Shown piece after piece: positions 28,391 through 36,874 of a stretch of 64,000 nt of DNA. The stretch's first letter is position 1, and each line of letters begins with the position of its first letter. The notes under the pieces are model-generated. The model was given only the letters and a program-made list of their open reading frames with translations. It was not told where the DNA came from and searched no databases. The position numbers and the translations under genes were made by a program. Source of the stretch: an uncultured Prevotella sp. (GTDB lineage: Bacteria > Bacteroidota > Bacteroidia > Bacteroidales > Bacteroidaceae); assembly GCA_902497035.1 (NCBI GenBank), contig CABVDL010000003.1, forward strand, positions 2,836 to 66,835, given 5' to 3'.

Positions 28391-29566
28391 CTATTGTTCA
28401 GGATATTGCTCGTAAATCTTCAGTCCGTAGTCGGCAGCCATCATAAACACGCGCTCCATGATGTCGGCCAACTGATGCTCGTAGCTCTTCCATTCCTTCT
28501 GGCGGAGGAAGAAATACATCTCCAGTGGCAGGCCGCACTGCGTGGGCTCAAGCTGCCTAACCATGAACGTCAGCTGCTGGTTGACGCGCCCGTCCGCGGC
28601 GAGAAAGTCCTCTACGGCCCGCCGGAACTGCGCCATATTGGTGACCGTCTCCTTTCGCTTTCCGTCCTCAGACGTGAGCTCTACATTGCGTATGCTGCGG
28701 AAGTCGAAATAGATGATGCGCCTCACGCGCCGTCCCCCGCTGCCCTGCATGCCTTTCCAGTTTTGAAAAGTGCCGTTGACGAGTGTCTTGGGTGAGATGG
28801 TGAAGATAGTGTTGTCGAAGTTGCGCACCTTGACCGTAGTAAGGTTCATCTCTGTCACAGTGCCGTTGACCTCTGTTCCCGGCACCGTAATCCAGTCGCC
28901 CACATGTACCATGTTGGCCGAGGTGAGGCGTATGCCCGCCACCAGTCCCTCTATGGTGTCCTTGAACACGAGCATGAGAATGGCCGACGTGGCTCCCAAG
29001 CCCGCGAAGAGGCGCATCGGACTCTGGCCGATGGCCAGGGCTATGATGACGATACTTCCCACGAAGAGCGTGGCCACGCGCAGAATGCCAAGGAACGATA
29101 TGACATACTGCTGCACGCTGGTGCGCCGGCCGGTGTCTAGCACCTTGAGCTGCTGTATGAAGACAAAGAGCAGGCGCATGCCGGCCACGGTGATATAGAT
29201 GGCCGTGGCGCGCGCCATGAGTTCCTGCAGAAAGGAGAACTGGTAGAACACCATCGGCAGCAGCTTCCACACGACGACGGCCGGCACGATGTCGCAAAGG
29301 CACTTCGTCACGGGACGGCCGAAAAGAATGTCGTCCCACTTCGATTTGGTATGGCGCGTAATGCGGTCGGCCAGGGGAATGACCACCCAGCGGCAGACGG
29401 CGTCGCTCAGCCAGGCCAGCAACACCACGATGACGATGAGCATCAGATGCCGCAGCACGGGTACCGCGGCGCCCGTGACCCCCATGTCCGATATAAGCCT
29501 CTCAGCCCATATCCGGATGTATTCCATCACTTGTTGCCAATCAATGGCATCAGCTACTTTCTCCAT
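28391..29566 (-). CDS. MscS-family mechanosensitive channel (YbdG-like)
   Basis: GLGATSAILMLVFKDTI, VGDWI, TVKVRNFDNT and GGRRVRR motifs. Confidence 0.9.
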   Translation of the reverse strand: MEKVADAIDWQQVMEYIRIWAERLISDMGVTGAAVPVLRHLMLIVIVVLLAWLSDAVCRWVVIPLADRITRHTKSKWDDILFGRPVTKCLCDIVPAVVVWKLLPMVFYQFSFLQELMARATAIYITVAGMRLLFVFIQQLKVLDTGRRTSVQQYVISFLGILRVATLFVGSIVIIALAIGQSPMRLFAGLGATSAILMLVFKDTIEGLVAGIRLTSANMVHVGDWITVPGTEVNGTVTEMNLTTVKVRNFDNTIFTISPKTLVNGTFQNWKGMQGSGGRRVRRIIYFDFRSIRNVELTSEDGKRKETVTNMAQFRRAVEDFLAADGRVNQQLTFMVRQLEPTQCGLPLEMYFFLRQKEWKSYEHQLADIMERVFMMAADYGLKIYEQYPEQ

Positions 29567-29582
29567 TGTTCAGAGTTTTATC

Positions 29583-30842
29583 TTAAGGCTGGCAGAGCAG
29601 CAGGCACACTTTGTCCTGAAAGCTGCGTCCGTTGCGGCCGTGCAGCAGTCCCTGGTTGATGATGCTGAAACAGATATGATGGCCGTTGGCGGCGGTGAGA
29701 TAGCCGCAGAGGCTGGCTATGCCCGTCACCGTGCCGGTCTTGGCATGCACGTTGCCGCGCGTGAACTCCGACCGCATGCGGCTGCGCAGCGTGCCGTCGA
29801 CACCGGCTATGGGCAGGGCCGGCAGCAGGTGGTTGTAGATGTTCTCGTTGCGATAGGCATAGCGCAGCATCGCCACCTCCAGCTCGGGACTCACATAGTT
29901 GTAGAGCGACAGCCCCGATCCATCGGCCAGGCGGTAGCGCGAGGGGTCAAGGCCCAGCCGCGTGATGAGCTGCCGCTCCACTACGCGCGCGCTCTTGGCC
30001 GTCGCGGGACGGTTGCCCGTCGAGGCCGCTATCTGATAATACATGCTCTCTGCATAGAGATTGTCGCTCTCCTTGAGCATGCGCATGAGTATCTGGTCAA
30101 TGGTGTGGAAACGCGACACGATGCAGTTGGCGTCGGCGGGCTTGCGCCGCATGCCGACGGACCCCGTCACATAAATGCCCGACCGTGATAGGGCGGCCAT
30201 GAACTTCTCCATGAAGATGTTCTTGCGCTGATACACCAAGGGCGACAGCACGGGGTTGTCATCGTCCCAACACCAGCCCTCGCCGAGGAGGGCCGTGTCT
30301 TTCATCGCCACGTCGGCATATACATTTCCACATATCGTGTCAACGCCCATGCGGTGGAGGGCCTCGACAAAGGCGCGCATGTCGTCGCTGTTGAAGCGCG
30401 GGTCGAAGCCGCCCACGCAGTAGACGTCGCCCTCCAGCCGGCTGCCGGCGACCTGGCCGGTATAGCAGAGGTCGGTCTTGAACTGGTAGCTGCCGCCCAG
30501 CTTGTCAAGGGCAGTGATGGCGGTGATGACCTTCATCGTCGAGGCGGGACGCATGAGCTGCCGCGCGTTGTAGCTGTAGATGGCCGAGTCGGCGTCGAGG
30601 TCATACACCATGATGCCCACCTGCGAGGTCTGGAACATGTCGTCCTTGAGCAGCTCGTCGATGCCCGCCTGCACGTTTTTCGGCCAGGCGAGCGAGTCGA
30701 TGCGCGCCACCCTCAGCACGGCCACCGCCGTATCCTCCTGGGTGGTGTCCCGGTCTTCCAACAAATCCTCGTTGTCAACCTGCGCCAAAAGCGGCGAGGC
30801 CAGCAACGTCAGCCACAACAAAAGTATTATCCTAATCTTCAT
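29583..30842 (-). CDS. dacB: D-Ala-D-Ala carboxypeptidase/endopeptidase (peptidase S13, PBP4)
   Basis: PASTMK (SxxK), SDN, DGSGLS and AKTGT motifs; signal peptide from ATG 30842. Confidence 0.92.
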   Translation of the reverse strand: MKIRIILLLWLTLLASPLLAQVDNEDLLEDRDTTQEDTAVAVLRVARIDSLAWPKNVQAGIDELLKDDMFQTSQVGIMVYDLDADSAIYSYNARQLMRPASTMKVITAITALDKLGGSYQFKTDLCYTGQVAGSRLEGDVYCVGGFDPRFNSDDMRAFVEALHRMGVDTICGNVYADVAMKDTALLGEGWCWDDDNPVLSPLVYQRKNIFMEKFMAALSRSGIYVTGSVGMRRKPADANCIVSRFHTIDQILMRMLKESDNLYAESMYYQIAASTGNRPATAKSARVVERQLITRLGLDPSRYRLADGSGLSLYNYVSPELEVAMLRYAYRNENIYNHLLPALPIAGVDGTLRSRMRSEFTRGNVHAKTGTVTGIASLCGYLTAANGHHICFSIINQGLLHGRNGRSFQDKVCLLLCQP

Positions 30843-30864
30843 GCCTCTTGCATCCTTCCTGCCG

Positions 30865-31293
30865 TTATTGCTCCTCACCCTGTCTGCCGGTCTCGCATTC
30901 CGCATCCAATACTTTTCTGCGCCGCTGCCCCAAGCAGGTGACAAAAGCCTGCTCGTTGCGGGGCTGCACGGCCACCACCGTGTGGGCCGGGCCATAGCTG
31001 ATGAGCAGATAATGGACCAGGCCGAAGCTCACCGTCATGGGACGGCATCCGGTGATCAGCCTCAACTCTATGACGCGTTTTTTTGACAGGCGGCCGTTGT
31101 CGATGATGAGCTTGTCGCCACGAAACACATACCGCTTGTTGAGCGACTGGTCCATCACCAGCACCAAGGCCAGCACCAGAAACACACCCAACACCGGCCT
31201 GAGCGTCCAGAAGGCATAAACGGCCAGCAATAACAGTAGCACGATGCCGCTTGCCGCGCCCACAGTAAAGCGATGTTGGAAAGTGCGATCCAT
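30865..31293 (-). CDS. Small membrane protein (2 TM plus PH-like soluble domain)
   Basis: ATG 31293 preceded by TAACTTTG; two hydrophobic helices, then a beta-rich domain ending VQPRNEQAFV. Confidence 0.65.
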   Translation of the reverse strand: MDRTFQHRFTVGAASGIVLLLLLAVYAFWTLRPVLGVFLVLALVLVMDQSLNKRYVFRGDKLIIDNGRLSKKRVIELRLITGCRPMTVSFGLVHYLLISYGPAHTVVAVQPRNEQAFVTCLGQRRRKVLDAECETGRQGEEQ

Positions 31294-31425
31294 ACCGACA
31301 GCTAAATTTCTGATATTCAGTAACACGTTTAGTTGCAAAGTTACTAACTTTTTCACGAGCGGCAAAAGGCATTAATGATTTTTAGCTAAGATACCGTGAC
31401 AACTTGCGTTGGCTCTCAAACACAA

Positions 31426-31450
31426 AGTGGCCGGCGCGAGGCCGGCCACT
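31426..31450 (-). terminator. Probable terminator hairpin downstream of the superoxide reductase gene
   Basis: Perfect AGTGGCCGGC / GCCGGCCACT stem followed on the minus strand by TTGTGTTTG. Confidence 0.55.
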
Positions 31451-31516
31451 GTCCACAGGTATGACATCAACAATGATGATTATTGGTGACGCATGGACGA
31501 ATATCGTTAGACGCTA

Positions 31517-31900
31517 TTATTTCGAGCGCCACAGCCCGTGCAGGTTGCAATACTCGCGAGCATACACCTCATCGGCGTCGGTCTTGAACTCAGCCACCGG
31601 CCTGTCGGTCGGGGTAAGGTACTTGCGCAGCACCTCGTTGCGGTCGGTGATGAGCTCAATCCACTGGATGTAATGGGCCTCCGTCATCGGATGGTCCACC
31701 TCACCCACCGTGACGCGCCAGCCGCCCTCAATCTTCTCCACCACGGGCACATGCTTCTCCCTGGCGGCATCGGTCGTGTTCTCAACTACGGGTGTGCCAC
31801 CGGCCAGAACGCCATCCGAGGGGATGAGCACTTCCACCATGGTGTTGTTGCCGGTACTGTCTGCTACCTTATAAATTTCATTTCTCTTTGTCATATTCAT
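31517..31900 (-). CDS. Superoxide reductase (desulfoferrodoxin family)
   Basis: EKHVP, HPM, HYIQWI and CNLHGLW centre-II ligands. Confidence 0.92.
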   Translation of the reverse strand: MNMTKRNEIYKVADSTGNNTMVEVLIPSDGVLAGGTPVVENTTDAAREKHVPVVEKIEGGWRVTVGEVDHPMTEAHYIQWIELITDRNEVLRKYLTPTDRPVAEFKTDADEVYAREYCNLHGLWRSK

Positions 31901-32097
31901 AATGTTTTAAGGGTTATCTTATCGTTTGCAAAGATAGGCATAATTTGTAAGAACTACAAACTTTTAGCAGAAAATATTTGCGATTTTTTCTTTTGGACGA
32001 CGCATTCCTTTGGCGCGGCGCGGGCGACAGGCAGATATTTTCGTTATTTTTTTGCCCCAACGGCGCATCTTTCACATATTTTGTCTAAATTTGTGGT

Positions 32098-33522
32098 ATG
32101 GAATACTTGCACTGGCTTTGGTACGGCCTTTATATCCTTATAGTCATCGTCGTGATGGTCAAGGTGCTGATGGACAACCGGCAGCCCGCCAAGACCATGG
32201 CGTGGCTGCTGGTGCTGTGGGCGCTGCCCGTCGTCGGCATCGTGCTTTATTTCTTTTTCGGACAGAACACGCGCAAGGAGCGGCTCATCAGCCAGCGGTC
32301 GCTCGACCAGCTGACCAAGCGCGCCATGCTTGAGTTTGCCGAGCAGCGCAATCTGCGGCTGCCCGAGACCCACAAGCCGCTCATGCTCCTGTTCAAGAAC
32401 CAGAGCATGGCGCTGCCCTTCAAGGACAACGAGGTCAAGATCTACACCTCCGGCTATGAGTTCTTCCCCGCCCTGCTCCATGCCATCAGCCAGGCCCGCA
32501 GGCACATCCACATCGACATCTTCATCTTCGACGACGACGCCCTCGGCTGCCTCATCGCCGACGCGCTCATCGACAAGGCGCGCCAGGGCGTGGAGGTGCG
32601 CCTCATCTACGACGACGTGGCCTGCTGGAGGGTGAGCAACAGTTTCTTCGAGCGCATGCGCGACGCCGGCATCGACGTCCACCCGTTCATGCCCGTGAAG
32701 TTCCCCGCCTTCACGTCGAAGGCCAACTACCGCAACCACCGCAAGCTCATCATCATCGACGGCAGCGAGGCTTTCATCGGCGGCATGAACTTCGCCACGC
32801 GCTATGTCAAGGGCACCGGCAGCCAGCCGTGGCGCGACACGATGCTCCGCATCAGGGGCGGCGCGGTGTACGGCATACAGCGCGCCTTCCTCATCGACTG
32901 GTACTTCGTCGACCGCACGCTGCTGACCAGCCGCGACTACTATCCGTCCGTCAGTCCCGCCATCAGCAACAACTGCCTGGCACAGGTGGTGACGAGCAGC
33001 CCTGTCGCCGAGTGGCCCGACATCATGCAGGGCTACGTGCGCATCCTGCTTGAGGCTCGACGCTATGTGTATATGGAGACCCCCTATTTCCTGCCTCCCG
33101 AGCCGGTGCTGTTCGCCCTGCGCACGGCCGCGCTCACGGGCATCGACGTGCGTCTGATGATACCCATGCACGGTGACTCGCGCATCGTGGAATGGGCCAG
33201 CCTCAGCTACGTGCAGGAAAGCATCGAGGCCGGGGTCCAGGTGTATCTCTACGAGACAGGCTTCAACCACTCGAAGTTTCTCGTCAGCGACGACAGCATC
33301 TCCACCTGCGGCAGCACCAACGTCGACATACGCAGTTTTGAGCACGACTTCGAGTCAAACATCTTCTTCTACGACGAGGGCATGGCACTGCGCATGAAAA
33401 AGGTGTTCCTCGACGACCAGAAGCAATGCCGCCTCTTCACCGAGGTCCACGCCAACCGCCCTCAGCCTTTCTTCAACCGCCTGTGGACCAGCCTCATCCG
33501 TCTGCTCAGTCCGCTGCTGTAG
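32098..33522 (+). CDS. cls: Cardiolipin synthase
   Basis: Two N-terminal TM helices and two HKD motifs (NHRKLIIID, NHSKFLVSD); ends RLLSPLL. Confidence 0.96.
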   Translation: MEYLHWLWYGLYILIVIVVMVKVLMDNRQPAKTMAWLLVLWALPVVGIVLYFFFGQNTRKERLISQRSLDQLTKRAMLEFAEQRNLRLPETHKPLMLLFKNQSMALPFKDNEVKIYTSGYEFFPALLHAISQARRHIHIDIFIFDDDALGCLIADALIDKARQGVEVRLIYDDVACWRVSNSFFERMRDAGIDVHPFMPVKFPAFTSKANYRNHRKLIIIDGSEAFIGGMNFATRYVKGTGSQPWRDTMLRIRGGAVYGIQRAFLIDWYFVDRTLLTSRDYYPSVSPAISNNCLAQVVTSSPVAEWPDIMQGYVRILLEARRYVYMETPYFLPPEPVLFALRTAALTGIDVRLMIPMHGDSRIVEWASLSYVQESIEAGVQVYLYETGFNHSKFLVSDDSISTCGSTNVDIRSFEHDFESNIFFYDEGMALRMKKVFLDDQKQCRLFTEVHANRPQPFFNRLWTSLIRLLSPLL

Positions 33523-33618
33523 GGTGTGAGCTCCCTCCCCCAGCTCTAAAGTTCGCCTGCGGGATGTACTCCACGACCGGGCATTATTCCAAACCCATAT
33601 TGCTGGGAGTGTCATTAC
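33437..33618 (+). repeat. Direct repeat, left copy part A (cls 3' end plus downstream DNA)
   Basis: Aligns without gaps to 53345-53526 (offset 19908); 33477-33618 has 4 mismatches by manual comparison. Confidence 0.95.
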
Positions 33619-33659
33619 ACCGTAATAACCAAGAACATCAATTATAAAAATATAACAGT

Positions 33660-34940
33660 ATGAAACCTTATTCTTTATTCAGCACCATGCGGGCGGCCCT
33701 TGGCCTGTCCGCTGTGCTTTTCTGTCTGCTGCCCCTATCTTCCTGCAAGGACAGTGAGGAAACGTACCGCACGCCTGACAAAACAAACGAAAAAGCCGAC
33801 ACGGTGACACAGAAGGTCAAGGTGGAGACACCCCATGTTGACGTCGAGGCTGCAGGCGGCAAGGCCTATGTGTTTATCAAGGCTCACTCCACGCTGTACG
33901 ACCTTCCGAAACTGACCATTGACGCGTCGTGGGTGAGAGAAAAAAGACATGACTTTACCGGAAGCTCAAGAGCCGTCTACAATGGCTATTATGACGCTGT
34001 GTATGTCCTCGATGTGGACAAGAACGAGGGCCTGGGACGCTCGGCCACCCTCACCTTTACCTATTATCGCGACGGCGGTTACCACCTGGCCGATCCGGTG
34101 ACAGTCACACTGCACCAGTGGCCGCGCGACCTCAAGACCTCCGAGACCATTCGTGTCAGCAAGCCGGGTCAGTTGCCCATACTCATGGGCGGCAACCCTG
34201 CGGCGTGGTCCTACCTCAATGAACTCAAGCTCACGGGACAGCTCAACACGGCCGACATGCGCACGCTGCGGCTCCTGCTCAGGCGAAGTGTCAGGTCGCG
34301 TGTCACTTACCGCAACGCGGATGGCGGTAAGATAGAGATTAGTGCTGCCTCTAACATGAGCCTGCGGCAACTGGATATGGGCGACTGCGAGCTGGTGGAG
34401 GATGGCGACACGGCGGTTGAGGATTGCATTGAGGACTTCGACGACAACTACGTACAGTCGCGCAACGTCTTGGGCAAAGGCGCATTCTTTGTGGCGGGAT
34501 GCAAGCTCGACAGCATCGTCCTGCCGAAAAACCTCACCGCAATTGGCGACGACGCTCTCAGAATGTGCCAGAACCTGAGCTACATCGACATCCCGGCGGG
34601 CGTTTCCAGCATTGGAAGCTATGCGTTTCAAAATTGCCAGGGCATGAAAGAAATCCGCATCCCCGCCAATTCGGCCCTGAAGACGCTCGGCATCTATGCA
34701 CTTGCCACCGGCTCTTCGCTCAGCAGCATCTCCTTCCCCGCATCGTTGGAGGTGGTTGAGCAGGAAGGTATTCTTGGCCATGTAGGTGCCGGGAACATCC
34801 ATGTGAAATGGCCCGTGCCGCCCACGCTGTCGCGTTTCCGTGTCTCCGACAAGGCCACGCTCTGGGTGCCCAAGGGCACGGGCGAGGCCTATAAGGCAGC
34901 CTTCGGCTGGAACAACGCCAAGGAAATCAAGGAGGAATAA
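33660..34940 (+). CDS. Lipoprotein with BACON-like domain and BspA-type leucine-rich repeats (LRR_5)
   Basis: Lipobox LSSC; DKNEGLGRSATLTF (BACON-like); LPKNLTAIGDDAL and IPAGVSSIGSYAF repeats; C-terminal VPKGTGEAYKAAFGW. Confidence 0.85.
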   Translation: MKPYSLFSTMRAALGLSAVLFCLLPLSSCKDSEETYRTPDKTNEKADTVTQKVKVETPHVDVEAAGGKAYVFIKAHSTLYDLPKLTIDASWVREKRHDFTGSSRAVYNGYYDAVYVLDVDKNEGLGRSATLTFTYYRDGGYHLADPVTVTLHQWPRDLKTSETIRVSKPGQLPILMGGNPAAWSYLNELKLTGQLNTADMRTLRLLLRRSVRSRVTYRNADGGKIEISAASNMSLRQLDMGDCELVEDGDTAVEDCIEDFDDNYVQSRNVLGKGAFFVAGCKLDSIVLPKNLTAIGDDALRMCQNLSYIDIPAGVSSIGSYAFQNCQGMKEIRIPANSALKTLGIYALATGSSLSSISFPASLEVVEQEGILGHVGAGNIHVKWPVPPTLSRFRVSDKATLWVPKGTGEAYKAAFGWNNAKEIKEE

Positions 34941-35009
34941 CGGCGTTCGCAGCAAATAGATGACGGCGCGTGCCTCTTTTCGCTCCCAATGGAGCTATGG
35001 GCCTAACCG
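34936..35009 (+). repeat. Direct repeat, left copy part B
   Basis: 74 bp identical to 53527-53600. Confidence 0.95.
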
Positions 35010-35463
35010 CCTACCGGCCCTCCTCGCCGTTTGCCGGCTACGGGGGCGGCAGCAAGCCCACGACGGGCGACTATCACTATTGGGAGGTGTGGCATGGCCG
35101 CAAGCCCATCAGCGAGTACAACCGCGTCAGGACCCGCTTCTTCAGCGAGTACGGCATGCAGAGCTTCCCCGAATTTGAGTCGGTGAGGCGCTTCGCCCCT
35201 GATGAAAAAGACTGGGACATCCATTCCGAGGTGATGATGTGGCACCAGCGGGGCGGCGCGCATGCCACCAGTCTGATTGAGACCTATCTGGAAAGCGAGT
35301 ATAAGAAGCCCGGCCGTTTTCAGGACCTGCTCTATGTGGGCCAGCTCATGCAGGGCGACGCCATGCGGACAGCCGTCGAAGCCCACCGCAGGGACAAGGG
35401 CTACTGCTGGGGTACGCTGCTCTGGCAGATCAACGACTGCTGGCCCGTGGCCTCGTGGTCCAC
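35010..35463 (+). pseudogene. Internal fragment of a GH2 beta-mannosidase
   Basis: YRPSSPF...GDYHYWEVWH...RFFSEYGMQSFP...WQINDCWPVASWS. About 150 codons, no N-terminus, runs into AT-rich non-coding DNA. Confidence 0.85.
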
Positions 35464-35557
35464 CCCCATCAGCTTTCAGAGATTACGTATTCTTTCAAAC
35501 GAAGTTGTCAGCCGTTTATATTCTGAGTCTTGTTTCCCAGGGGGGCTTGTTCTTCCC

Positions 35558-35659
35558 CCTACCCACTTCGTGGGATATTCAGAATATTCAAGAATATTGA
35601 GAATATATATTGGCTCTTTATATTTTTCAATTTTCTCAATATTCCACGATGTGGGTAGG
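35558..35659. repeat. ~100-bp imperfect inverted repeat / hairpin
   Basis: Outer arms CCTACCCACTTCGTGGGATATTCAGAA and reverse-complement CCTACCCACATCGTGGAATATTGAGAA (24/27); the AT-rich interior is also partly self-complementary. Confidence 0.8.
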
Positions 35660-35836
35660 AGATAAATGAAAGGTGTGCAGAAACGGGAAACCAATGAATT
35701 ATTGAGAATATTAATGGCTGAGCAGTCACAGTAACTGCTTATTCTATAAAAATATGTTAAATACAAGATACGCGGATAACGGTTAGGCTGTCCTGAGATG
35801 TACACTGCATAGAAAGCCACAAAAAGTAAAGACCGC

Positions 35837-36823
35837 ATGTGTACAACAAAAGAATATATCAGCCTGTTCCGCAAATACCAAAGGGGTGAGGCCTCACTTT
35901 GTGAGATGAGCGAGCTGCTCAAGGGTCTCAAGGACGACGGCCCTTTCTGCCAGTGGATGGACGAAGAATGGCAATCCTCCGGCAACGACATGGATTCCGC
36001 ACTGCGCGACCGTCTCTACTTGCAAATAAGCAAACGCGTCTCCCTTGAACAGACCCAAGCAAAGCGTCACAGCCGTCTTCATTTACACTGGGACCTGTTT
36101 GAAAAGGTAGCAGCAGCAGTTCTTGTTCTGGTTGCCGTAGGAGTGTGCTATTGGCACTTCTCCACTGGCACCGTAGAACAGTGGGCCACCATCTCCTCAC
36201 ACGGCAAGTTCCTACAGGTCACCCTGCCCGACAGCTCACGAGTCTGGCTCTGCCGCTATTCCACACTACAGTATCCCGCCGGTTTCCACCGGGGCGACCG
36301 CAACGTAAGGCTCACCGGCGAAGCCTATTTCGAGGTGCGCCACGACAGCAGCCATCCTTTCACCGTAAACGCAAGGCGCGTGCGCATCCGGGTTACCGGC
36401 ACGAAGTTCAGCGTCAGCGATTTCCGCAACGAGCAGACCAGCAAGGTCGTGCTTTGTGAGGGTTCGGTCAACGTGAGCCGTCAAGGCCCGTCACAGCAGC
36501 GTGAGGTTCATTTGCGTCCAGGAAACGCCTACACATTGCTTCCCGACGGGCATCAACTGGTAGAGCACGTCGATGCAGAGGCTCTCGTGGCCTGGAAAGA
36601 CGGCCAATACAGCTTCACTGACACCAGGCTCGCTGACGTGCTGCATCGCATCGGACGCTTATATGGCAAGGAGATAACCTGTGACAGTTCTGTGGGCGAC
36701 AGGAAGGTGTCTTGTACCATCTTCCTCAACGACAGTTTCCTGGTAGCTCTAAGAGACCTGAGCCGCATCGTGCCAATCACCTGGAAAGCCGACCGCAACA
36801 AATGTCACGTCATGGGGAAATAA
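35837..36823 (+). CDS. FecR-family anti-sigma factor
   Basis: Single TM, TLPDSSRVWL, LTGEAYFEV, VTGTKF and AWKDG motifs; directly upstream of susC. Confidence 0.92.
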   Translation: MCTTKEYISLFRKYQRGEASLCEMSELLKGLKDDGPFCQWMDEEWQSSGNDMDSALRDRLYLQISKRVSLEQTQAKRHSRLHLHWDLFEKVAAAVLVLVAVGVCYWHFSTGTVEQWATISSHGKFLQVTLPDSSRVWLCRYSTLQYPAGFHRGDRNVRLTGEAYFEVRHDSSHPFTVNARRVRIRVTGTKFSVSDFRNEQTSKVVLCEGSVNVSRQGPSQQREVHLRPGNAYTLLPDGHQLVEHVDAEALVAWKDGQYSFTDTRLADVLHRIGRLYGKEITCDSSVGDRKVSCTIFLNDSFLVALRDLSRIVPITWKADRNKCHVMGK

Positions 36824-36874
36824 CCGTCCCCCTCCGACACCTGCTAACAAGACTAATTATCTAATCTATAAAAT

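Noticed and set aside
1650..33345. Long antisense ORFs (e.g. 1650-3068, 8800-10008, 20776-22374, 26362-28053, 32044-33345)
   Set aside because: Shadow frames of GC-rich genes with strong codon bias; no recognisable motifs.
34970..35665. 231-aa ORF as an intact gene
   Set aside because: Only the middle is GH2-like; the start lies in the repeat and the tail reads through AT-rich hairpin DNA. Called a pseudogene fragment.
34936..35788. Integron attC site (GCCTAAC ... GTTAGGC)
   Set aside because: The two motifs are ~780 bp apart, far too long for attC, and no integron integrase is present.
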